Shown: positions 1 to 6,932 of the stretch, piece by piece
Layout of the letters: each line of letters opens with the position of its first letter
Numbering within the stretch: the stretch's first letter is position 1
UHGV virus genome: UHGV-0307437
DNA length: 44,419 nt
Direction: 5' to 3' (one strand)
From: a virus
The notes under the pieces: generated by a model
What the model was told of the DNA's origin: nothing
Seen by the model: only the letters and a program-made list of their open reading frames with translations
Databases searched by the model: none
Program-made: the position numbers and the translations under genes

Positions 1-25
1 AAAGAGTAGATACACTAACCTGACA

Positions 26-430
26 TTGTATAAAGACGGCTCTGGATTCTATTTTAAGATAATGCATAAGCTGATAAGAGTAGATGGAGTAATAAGAAAT
101 TTTCTCAATAGATTTAAGATGGGTAAACCTGCCAGAACAGTAGTGATGTGTCCTAAATGTAGAACACCATTAAAATATATATGGAGAGATAATGTGAATG
201 CTGTATATAACTATATGGAAGCTATTACTTATGCTGGTGTAGGAGATTATCATATTGAGAGAGAGTATAATATGGAAGATGAGGGTAATTTTGATTATGT
301 TTATTGTCCTAATTGTCAATATACTAATACTAATCCTAAGACTATTAAAAAGTTTAGGAAAGTTCCAGGAGAACAATTCGTTGATATGGACAATGTTGTA
401 GATTATTTTGAGTTTAAGCATAAGGAGTGA
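26..430 (+). CDS. Cys-rich Zn-ribbon protein (CPKC...CPNC). The frame is open back to the window start, so the true start is uncertain and may lie upstream of the window
   Basis: Listed ORF uses a TTG start. The same frame has no stop back to position 2. Two CxxC pairs. Confidence 0.4.
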   Translation: MYKDGSGFYFKIMHKLIRVDGVIRNFLNRFKMGKPARTVVMCPKCRTPLKYIWRDNVNAVYNYMEAITYAGVGDYHIEREYNMEDEGNFDYVYCPNCQYTNTNPKTIKKFRKVPGEQFVDMDNVVDYFEFKHKE

Positions 431-434
431 TAGA

Positions 435-899
435 ATGAAAAGAGAAGATTTTAAGGAAATATTGCCAATACATATAGATAGTTGTAAAAAAATAATTAAA
501 CAAAAAGGAGAATGTACAGGGGTAGATTGCAAGGAGTGTCCTTTCCATAGTGAAAATTCAGAAAAATACGATTGTGAAGAAGGCTCAAAAGATGTTATTT
601 CTGGACAAGCAAGACATTTTCTTAATTTGTTTGAAAAAAATTTCCAACCAGAAGAAACAGAAGTACCAGATAATGTAAATCAACCTAACCACTATAAACT
701 TGATGGACTTGATGTAGAAGTATTAGATATAATAAAAGCTGTATTGACTAAAGAACAGTTTGAGGGATTTTTACACGGGAATGTAATTAAATACACATTG
801 AGAATTAATAAAAAGAATGGTGTAGAGGACTTAGAAAAAGCTCATAAATACTTAGGTTGGTTGATTGATAGTAAAAATGGATTGAAATTAAATAAATAA
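435..899 (+). CDS. Phage protein with DUF3310-like C-terminal domain
   Basis: ATG at 435 preceded by AAGGAG. Motif NHYKLDGLDV..IKYTLRINKKNGVEDLEKAHKYLGWLI resembles the DUF3310 family. Confidence 0.5.
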   Translation: MKREDFKEILPIHIDSCKKIIKQKGECTGVDCKECPFHSENSEKYDCEEGSKDVISGQARHFLNLFEKNFQPEETEVPDNVNQPNHYKLDGLDVEVLDIIKAVLTKEQFEGFLHGNVIKYTLRINKKNGVEDLEKAHKYLGWLIDSKNGLKLNK

Positions 900-994
900 T
901 ATGGTATATTTGTAGTATAAGATACATTTTTTATCAATCCTATAATCTTGGCAGTCTATATGGCTGCCTTTAATCTTAAAAGGAGGTATTTTAG

Positions 995-1114
995 ATGAGT
1001 AGATTAATAATTGAAGTATTAGGAGGAGTTATCCTATTTGCTGCTGGGTTTATGGTAGGAGCTATCAGAGAGAGAAAAGGAATGAATAAGGATATTGAGA
1101 AGAAGAGAGGATAA
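995..1114 (+). CDS. 39-aa small membrane peptide (MSRLIIEVLGGVILFAAGFMVGAIRERKG...)
   Basis: Strong RBS AAAGGAGG 7 nt upstream. Hydrophobic core. A terminator follows. Confidence 0.35.
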   Translation: MSRLIIEVLGGVILFAAGFMVGAIRERKGMNKDIEKKRG

Positions 1115-1129
1115 ACCTCTCTTTTTTTA
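1104..1129 (+). terminator. Rho-independent terminator (AGAGAGG-ataaa-CCTCTCT + T7)
   Basis: 7-bp perfect stem followed by a T-run. Confidence 0.6.
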
Positions 1130-1158
1130 TTGACTTTTATTAATTTCTAAGGTATAAT
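1130..1158 (+). promoter_or_regulatory. Consensus sigma70-type promoter: TTGACT, 17-bp spacer, TATAAT
   Basis: Exact consensus hexamers with a 17-bp spacer. Member of a repeated promoter family (see 1673, 2655, 2841, 39585). Confidence 0.6.
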
Positions 1159-1165
1159 TTAGATA

Positions 1166-1436
1166 CAAAATAATAAAGTTAAGTTGACGCACATGCGTTG
1201 TTTGTCTACTCGTATAAGCAGAGTAGGAGATTACCTCTGGAGAGGGCAACTCTGGGAAAAGGTTTGGTTTAGGCTTATATTAAGTTATGGGCAACCGAAA
1301 TTTTCAAACAAAATGCTAATGGTAACTAAGACCATACCACGTATGTGGAGAAAGTTGGGGAGGACACTGGCAGAAATGCGGGGGTACTTCAAAGGTATTA
1401 GTTCGAGGACACCTTTTTTAAGTGTGTCCTTTTTCT
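1166..1436 (+). ncRNA. Candidate structured non-coding transcript, about 270 nt, about 44% GC
   Basis: Lies between a consensus promoter and a terminator hairpin (1406-1436). GC-rich relative to the roughly 30% background. Several local hairpins. The only ORF here (1184..1465) has an implausible W/R/C-rich composition and no RBS. Confidence 0.3.
1406..1436 (+). terminator. Terminator hairpin AGGACAC...GTGTCCT + T-run
   Basis: 7-bp stem, T-rich tail. Confidence 0.5.
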
Positions 1437-1672
1437 TTTACCTCTCTCTTAAGGACAGTGTTTAAGAGGGTAATGAAGTAAGTTGAGAGAACGATTCTCA
1501 AGCTCAAAAACTAGAGCTAAAGACACCTTTTAGTAAGAATTTTTTAATAATTATTCTTACTAGGGGGGTAAGTCTCAATCACTCAAACTCAGCTAAAAAA
1601 CTCAATCATATATACTCTAACTAGAGCTTTCTAAAAGTGGTTATTAACTAATGGTTGATAGCCATTTTTTAA

Positions 1673-1701
1673 TTGACTTTTATTAACAAAAGTGATATAA
1701 T
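1673..1701 (+). promoter_or_regulatory. Promoter TTGACT, 17-bp spacer, TGATATAAT (extended -10), upstream of erf
   Basis: Consensus hexamers; conserved spacer TTTATTAACAAAAGTGA. Confidence 0.6.
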
Positions 1702-1734
1702 ACTATCATATCAAAGATATAGGAGTGATAGAAA

Positions 1735-2403
1735 ATGGAAGAAAAAAAACTTAATATTTATCAAAAACTATTAGAAGTTCAAAAAAGAGTAGTAGGACTT
1801 GGTAAAAATCAAAAAAGCTTCAATTATGATTATGTAACAGGAGCTAAGATACTGGATAATATTAAACCTATTATGAATGAGGTAGGATTGATATTAAAAC
1901 AAGAGATTATCAATCTAACTCACGAGAGAATAGATTATAAGTCAAAGAATAGTGAAAAATCAGAAATATTATATACAGCAGAGTTACTATTCACTTGGGT
2001 AGACGTGGAAACAGGAGAAAAAGACGAGAATAGATTTGCTGCTAGTGGTATGAACGACTGGGAGAAAGGTGTAGGAAGTATCTTAACATATGCAGAGAGA
2101 TATTTCTTACTTAAGTATTTCCATATCAAGACTGATGAAGATGATATAGACAATCCAAATAGAAAACCAGATGATAACACACCAGAGCTTAAACAACCAA
2201 AGAAAAAAGAAAAACCTATTGAGAGAAATGTAGAAGAACTAGATAGACAGGCTATGTTAAAAGAAATACCTGTCAAATTACAAAATAAACAAGCTGGATA
2301 TTATGAGAATGTATTGAAATTCTTTAAGTTACCAGAAGATACACCAATAGAAAAACTATCAGACAAGCATTTAAAAACTTTATATGATAACTTAAATAAG
2401 TAG
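1735..2403 (+). CDS. erf: ERF-family single-strand annealing (recombination) protein
   Basis: N-terminal IYQKLLEVQ..KN.KSFNYDYV....IKPIMNEVGL and GSILTYAERYFLLKYFHI...DEDD motifs match the ERF superfamily pattern. Confidence 0.7.
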   Translation: MEEKKLNIYQKLLEVQKRVVGLGKNQKSFNYDYVTGAKILDNIKPIMNEVGLILKQEIINLTHERIDYKSKNSEKSEILYTAELLFTWVDVETGEKDENRFAASGMNDWEKGVGSILTYAERYFLLKYFHIKTDEDDIDNPNRKPDDNTPELKQPKKKEKPIERNVEELDRQAMLKEIPVKLQNKQAGYYENVLKFFKLPEDTPIEKLSDKHLKTLYDNLNK

Positions 2404-2411
2404 GTGGTAAT

Positions 2412-2651
2412 ATGTTATTAATGGCTGATATGGTGTATAACAAGAGATGTAAGAAACAAGTTCACAAAGAAATGATAGATAGTGTATTCCAATTACTTGG
2501 AGATATTAAGAAAGGAGATAATGTTAAGTTAAGACAACTAGGTGGTGGAATAGTTAAGACACCAGAAGTTATTAAGTATAAGTTCTTTGAGGATAAGTTG
2601 ATAATAGAAAGTGAGTGTACTAGATATGAGTTCTCAATTCATTATGATTAA
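2412..2651 (+). CDS. Small early protein, possibly HU/IHF-like DNA-binding fold
   Basis: KKGDNVKLRQLGGGIVKTPEV...F resembles the HU arm region, but the protein is short. Confidence 0.25.
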   Translation: MLLMADMVYNKRCKKQVHKEMIDSVFQLLGDIKKGDNVKLRQLGGGIVKTPEVIKYKFFEDKLIIESECTRYEFSIHYD

Positions 2652-2654
2652 TGC

Positions 2655-2683
2655 TTGACTTTTATTAACAAACAAGGTAAAAT
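2655..2683 (+). promoter_or_regulatory. Promoter TTGACT, 17-bp spacer, TAAAAT
   Basis: Same conserved -35 and spacer as the other family members. Confidence 0.45.
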
Positions 2684-2814
2684 GATATTATATTAATTAT
2701 GAGTTATGTCTCTCAATAAAAAGGCAGGATTATTTTAAGATTCCTAATAATTCACTATCCACTGATAACTTATTAAGGTATCTACTACAAAATTAAATTT
2801 TATCTCTCACAAAA

Positions 2815-2838
2815 CCTCACTTAATTGTGGGGTTTTTA
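2815..2838 (+). terminator. Terminator CCTCAC-ttaatt-GTGGGG + T5
   Basis: 6-bp stem (one G-U) and a T-run. Confidence 0.45.
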
Positions 2839-2840
2839 TC

Positions 2841-2869
2841 TTTACTTTTATTGAAAAAAGTGATATAAT
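2841..2869 (+). promoter_or_regulatory. Promoter TTTACT, 17-bp spacer, TGATATAAT, driving the antirepressor
   Basis: Extended -10, 17-bp spacer. Confidence 0.5.
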
Positions 2870-2961
2870 TATAGTGTGTCGGAGATAGATGTAGAGTTCT
2901 ATCTATCTTAATAATTTGTGTCGAGAACTTCTTAAATTAAATTTAGGAGGTTTTTTTATTT

Positions 2962-3675
2962 ATGAACGGATTAATTAACAAAGACAGTATTACAACATTG
3001 GATCTACTAAAACAAATCAACGTTTTTAGAGAAAAGGAAGGTAACAGATCTGAACTCAAACACTATGATTTGTTAAAAATAATTAGAGATGAGTTTGAGG
3101 AAGAAATTAACGAAGGAAAAATTTCTGTCGTTGATTATAAGGATAAAAAAGGGGAACTAAGACCTATGTATATCTTAACTTATAATCAAGCTAAACAAAT
3201 TTTAGTAAGAGAGAGTAAATTTGTAAGAAAAGCTATGATTCGTTATATTGAGGAATTAGAGAAACAACTTCAAAAACAATTTAAAGTACCTGCAACATTC
3301 AAAGAAGCTTTACAACTAGCATTAGAGCAACAAGAGAGAATAGAGGCTCTGGAATTAAAGCAAGAAGAGGATAGACCTAAGGTAGAGTTCTATGATGATG
3401 TAACAGATAGTAAAGATACAGTTGATATGGGTACAGTTGCTAAGGTGTTAAATATCAAAGGTGTAGGCAGAAATAAGTTGTTTGAGATATTAAGAGATAA
3501 AAAGATATTGATGTCAAATAATCAACCGTATCAAAAATATATTGACAATGGTTGGTTTAGACAGATAGAGAGTAAGTTCAATCTACCTAATGGAGATATA
3601 AAAATAAATATTAAGACGGTTGTATTCCAAAAAGGAGTAGATGGGATAAGTAAAATTTTAAAAGAATTAGAATAA
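2962..3675 (+). CDS. Phage antirepressor (Rha-like N-terminus + KilAC C-terminal domain)
   Basis: N-terminus like Rha. C-terminus GTVAKVLNIKGVGRNKLFEILRDKKILM..NQPYQKYIDNGWF matches the KilAC/Ant C-terminal domain. Confidence 0.6.
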   Translation: MNGLINKDSITTLDLLKQINVFREKEGNRSELKHYDLLKIIRDEFEEEINEGKISVVDYKDKKGELRPMYILTYNQAKQILVRESKFVRKAMIRYIEELEKQLQKQFKVPATFKEALQLALEQQERIEALELKQEEDRPKVEFYDDVTDSKDTVDMGTVAKVLNIKGVGRNKLFEILRDKKILMSNNQPYQKYIDNGWFRQIESKFNLPNGDIKINIKTVVFQKGVDGISKILKELE

Positions 3676-4037
3676 GGGAGGAGCTACCTCTCTTTTTTAT
3701 TTTGTGGAAAAATTGCTAGTCCTTCTATTAACGGAGCTGTTTTAAAAAAATTAATGGGTTGGGGGGTTCTCTTTGCTCCTGCAGCTCCTGGAGTAGTAAA
3801 AAATAAAAATAATTTAAAAATAATAATTATTTTGTATCAAGCTTTAATTTATGTCTAAAAATTTTAAAAATATTTAGTCTAGTATTTATACCTAAAATTA
3901 TTTATAAAGCTTTTTAGAGGTATTTTACGAGGTCAGATATATAAATAAAGATATGGTGTAATAGTTAAATGGTGTTATTAGCTCATAAAATTAAAAATAA
4001 GAGGGTAGCAGCTGCTGGACTTGGTATTTTCCAGAGG

Positions 4038-4065
4038 TAAAAAAAGAGAGACTAAATAGTCTCCC
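4038..4065 (-). terminator. Minus-strand terminator (GAGACU-loop-AGUCUC + U-run in reverse complement)
   Basis: Hairpin preceded by an A-run on the plus strand, which is a U-run on the minus transcript. Confidence 0.45.
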
Positions 4066-4378
4066 TAATAAATCTATAAATAATATTTGAATAAGTATTA
4101 AACTTGTTTTTCATTCTCTCCAGTTCTCCTGGACTTGCTAACATAACATTTTTAAAAAAGGTTGTTAGCTGCTCATCTGTGATAGGTAGTCCTGTAATCT
4201 CTCCAGCTTGTAAAAACTCTTTAAAGGCTGCCATTGGTCCTATTTTATCTTTTCTGTTGTAATAGCTGCTAGACTTGAATTGAGTTAGTATAGTAAAGGC
4301 TGGATTTTCTCCAGCCAGATTTTTTAGATATGTTTCTAAGGTTGTTATATAACCTTTGTTATTCTTATTTATCATCAT
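4052..4378 (-). CDS. Hypothetical protein (moron operon gene 5)
   Basis: Minus-strand ORF; follows the 87-aa gene after 5 nt. Confidence 0.45.
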   Translation of the reverse strand: MMINKNNKGYITTLETYLKNLAGENPAFTILTQFKSSSYYNRKDKIGPMAAFKEFLQAGEITGLPITDEQLTTFFKNVMLASPGELERMKNKFNTYSNIIYRFIRETI

Positions 4379-4383
4379 ACCAC

Positions 4384-4647
4384 CTAAACAAAAATTTGAT
4401 TAAAGAATTGTTTTATTTCTAGTTCTGTTAAATCTATTTCTAAGTTATAAACATTTTGAATGTGTTTTTTAATATAATGGTCCCTGTACTCTTCTATATT
4501 CTCACTTTTAAAAGGTTCAAATTCTTCTCTGTAGCTTGCTAATATTTCCATATTGTATGAATTTTTAGAATTGATTAATTTTTTCCATTCTCTGAAATTT
4601 TCTTTCATTTGTTTTTTATTGGCTTCTAAAACTTTTGACAATAACAT
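4384..4647 (-). CDS. Hypothetical protein (moron operon gene 4)
   Basis: ORF with an RBS. Confidence 0.45.
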   Translation of the reverse strand: MLLSKVLEANKKQMKENFREWKKLINSKNSYNMEILASYREEFEPFKSENIEEYRDHYIKKHIQNVYNLEIDLTELEIKQFFNQIFV

Positions 4648-4660
4648 TTTTTCACTCTCC

Positions 4661-4750
4661 TTAAATCAAATTAGCTATAAAATCGAATCCTACTAGGTAA
4701 TAGAGGAATATTGCTATTCCTGCTATTCCGCCAAACAAATATTGTTTCAT
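4661..4750 (-). CDS. 29-aa hydrophobic peptide MKQYLFGGIAGIAIFLYYLVGFDFIANLI, translationally coupled to the upstream gene
   Basis: Its ATG overlaps the TGA of the 125-aa gene (ATGA). Single TM-like segment. Not in the ORF track because it is under 60 aa. Confidence 0.35.
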   Translation of the reverse strand: MKQYLFGGIAGIAIFLYYLVGFDFIANLI

Positions 4751-5124
4751 TTTGTCAACTCCTCTCTTACTAAGTCTGCACCAGCTGCTATTTGAAAAGC
4801 TTGATATATTTCAGTAGCTTTTTGTATAGTTGTATATTTATTCACTTTGAATCTATCTTTCCATAGTTGCTGCTCATCATCTTTAGTATGTTTATATACC
4901 CAAATAAGAGGTATAAACAAGTCTGCATCAATGAATCTTTGCTCACTCTCTAAATAACATTTAACAACGTTTTTATCGTATTTTAGCAGCTCCCAATATA
5001 CATCATATAGATTTTCTAATCTTTGGACACCATAACTATAAACTTTTCTTAATTGGTGTCCTTGTTCTATCTCGTATACTGTGAATGTAAAGTTATCATT
5101 GATAAATAATGTGTAGTCTCTCAT
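4747..5124 (-). CDS. Hypothetical protein (moron operon gene 2)
   Basis: Start overlaps the stop of the 78-aa gene. Confidence 0.5.
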   Translation of the reverse strand: MRDYTLFINDNFTFTVYEIEQGHQLRKVYSYGVQRLENLYDVYWELLKYDKNVVKCYLESEQRFIDADLFIPLIWVYKHTKDDEQQLWKDRFKVNKYTTIQKATEIYQAFQIAAGADLVREELTK

Positions 5125-5360
5125 TATAACACCACCTTTGACATAATGTATTCCGCATCTGTTGTTTTGATGTCTTCTATACTATCAGCTATCCAGCCAT
5201 CAAATACAACCGAGTTATTCTCTACTATTTCACAGCACAAGCTGTCTTCAAATATATAAGTCTCAATAGAGATATAACCTTCATCTGTGTTGATGTCATA
5301 TCTCCCAATCTCTCCAGATTTTAAATCCTTGTAAATCTCTTTTTTTATTTTTTCTTTCAT
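5124..5360 (-). CDS. Hypothetical acidic protein (moron operon gene 1)
   Basis: RBS GGAGGAAAAA upstream; first gene of the minus-strand cluster. Confidence 0.5.
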   Translation of the reverse strand: MKEKIKKEIYKDLKSGEIGRYDINTDEGYISIETYIFEDSLCCEIVENNSVVFDGWIADSIEDIKTTDAEYIMSKVVL

Positions 5361-5426
5361 TTTTTCCTCCTTTTTTATTTGATTTAATACTTAATAATTG
5401 GGTACTGTTTGTATCGTCAATGTCCT

Positions 5427-5455
5427 TTTCTTGATATAAGTATATTACATAATAT
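5427..5455 (-). promoter_or_regulatory. Minus-strand promoter TTGACA, 17-bp spacer, TATACT for the moron operon
   Basis: Reverse complement of 5421-5460 reads gtaTTGACAaaaaatatattatgtaaTATACT. Confidence 0.45.
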
Positions 5456-6202
5456 ATTTTTTGTCAATACTAATTTTATACTTTTTTGTAAAAACTGAGA
5501 ATATTTATATTTGACAGTACATTATATAAGAAAAGCTCCATACTTTTTACAAGCTGGTGTAAGTTGTAAATGATAGTTGTTTCCACTAATGTGCGGCAGC
5601 AATGAGATGTATGTCATATCCATTCAATAATAATATAGTAGTATATGTATATAGTAGTAGTAATATAGTTAGTAGTTAAGTAGGTAGATAGTAGAAGATA
5701 ACTCCAGAGATTAGTATGGAATATTAAGTTTATTATATAGAAGATTATGAGAGTTAAGAAGATTTAGAACGTATCCATTCCCTTTTCACACATACCACAA
5801 TACCTCTTATATCTCTCAAACTCCCATAATCACGCGATTACAAGCTCATGTTGTAATAATTATTCTGAATAATAATTACTTGAATAACTAAACCAAAGAT
5901 AATACTTATTATATGCGGTATGGTTATTTAACTTGATTGAATAATAATTATTTAGAATAATATTTATTTTTTCCAGAGGTTTTAGTTCTTATTACTGGAT
6001 CTATTCCATATTACCCCCCCACCCTCGAAAATCCTACGTTGGCGACTATGCATACCCCAACTATAACCTAATTTCCAAAATCTCAACTCAAAGTTGACAA
6101 AATTTCAAAAAACCTATATTTTTTCAAATAAAGTGTCAAAAATTCCCGAGTAGATACTTTTAAAACTAGTAATTTTACCCTAAAAATTTAAAAAATGTAA
6201 AC

Positions 6203-6231
6203 TTTTAATAAAATAAGTGATATGATATAAT
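6203..6231 (+). promoter_or_regulatory. Possible promoter with extended -10 (TGATATGATATAAT) for the packaging/late operon
   Basis: Strong -10, weak -35. Confidence 0.3.
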
Positions 6232-6252
6232 CGAAAGAAAGGAGTTGATAAA

Positions 6253-6708
6253 ATGAATTTAACAAACATTGACTTAGATACAGTTGAGATGTTAAGTGAG
6301 AAACTTAAAATAAGCTGTGAGGAAGTTATTGAATTAGCGGTAAGAGAACTTGCTATAAATGTTATGAGTGAGGATAGTGTTGAGGAAGTACAAAAGCAAT
6401 ATAAGGCTACTATCAAGGAAATAAGAGGTAAGTTGTTTAAGGTATATGATAATATCAATAAGGGTAAGATAAGTTCAGAGGAAGCTAATAGAGAGCTTGA
6501 CATATACAATAAGTTGATTAAGAACTTCACTGAATTAAGTAAGACAGATGGTAATATGACAGGATTTATTGCTGATTACAAGACTAGAATAGAATTATTA
6601 CAAAGAGAGAGAGAGTTGAGAATAAAAGCTAAGTCACAACACGTACAAGAGAAGATGGCGGAACATAGTATTGCTATGGGTATGATTAAGTACGGGGAGG
6701 AATTATAA
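6253..6708 (+). CDS. Putative small terminase subunit / packaging-associated protein
   Basis: First gene of the late operon, two genes upstream of TerL. Coiled-coil-rich and about 150 aa. Call is by position only. Confidence 0.3.
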   Translation: MNLTNIDLDTVEMLSEKLKISCEEVIELAVRELAINVMSEDSVEEVQKQYKATIKEIRGKLFKVYDNINKGKISSEEANRELDIYNKLIKNFTELSKTDGNMTGFIADYKTRIELLQRERELRIKAKSQHVQEKMAEHSIAMGMIKYGEEL

Positions 6709-6932
6709 TGGGATTTATAACAGATACTCCAGAGTATAGGGAGAAGATGAAAAAACTTTTTGAGAAAAAGAAAAGTAATAATGAGTATGAGTGTTATGTT
6801 AATTTAATTACTGATACTAGCTTGGTATATTTCCTAACTACTAAGTACCCAGAGGTATGGGATGAGTATTTGGAAAGTAGGAAAGGACATAAGACAATAA
6901 ATGAGATAATAGAGGAGATGACTAAGAGATGA
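6708..6932 (+). CDS. Hypothetical 74-aa protein, coupled to TerL
   Basis: Overlaps its neighbours in ATGA fashion. Confidence 0.4.
   Translation: MGFITDTPEYREKMKKLFEKKKSNNEYECYVNLITDTSLVYFLTTKYPEVWDEYLESRKGHKTINEIIEEMTKR

Larger units (their letters stand above)
5400..6252. other. 850-bp non-coding region: TAG-rich/C-free block, G-free C/A-rich blocks, direct repeats. Candidate cos/pac site, terminus or origin
   Basis: No ORF with an RBS. 5625-5700 has essentially no C, and 5776-5835 and 6010-6120 are G-poor. Roughly 25-bp imperfect direct repeats at 5863-5887 and 5932-5959. Confidence 0.4.

Noticed and set aside
170-532. Antisense or alternative-frame ORFs listed in the track. Examples: 170..532(-), 1935..2276(-), 6180..6530(-), 6922..7104(-), 7065..7250(+), 9144..9365(-), 10358..10702(-), 11795..12139(-), 12277..12459(-), 13377..13571(-), 18805..19086(-), 19790..20029(-), 20010..20276(-), 26945..27160(-), 27111..27293(-), 28303..28662(-), 29836..30075(-), 32908..33090(+), 34311..34517(+), 34700..35220(+), 35374..35644(+), 36317..36532(+), 38952..39134(+), 40106..40369(-), 42271..42531(-), 42789..43022(-)
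   Set aside because: Each lies fully inside a longer ORF on the opposite strand or frame that has an RBS and coherent operon context. They have low-complexity L/I/S/F-rich translations typical of AT-rich antisense frames, and no RBS.
1184-1465. 93-aa ORF (MTHMRCLSTRISRVGDYLWRGQLWEK...)
   Set aside because: No RBS. W/R/C-rich composition typical of a translated GC-rich non-coding region. Lies inside the candidate ncRNA between a promoter and a terminator.
3676-3700. Terminator after the antirepressor gene (GGGAGGAGCTACCTCTC + T-run)
   Set aside because: A T-run is present, but the stem pairs poorly when written out. Left uncalled.
5508-5532. Plus-strand TTGACA...TATAAG promoter-like string
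   Set aside because: Spacer is only about 11 bp. Not a functional sigma70 geometry.
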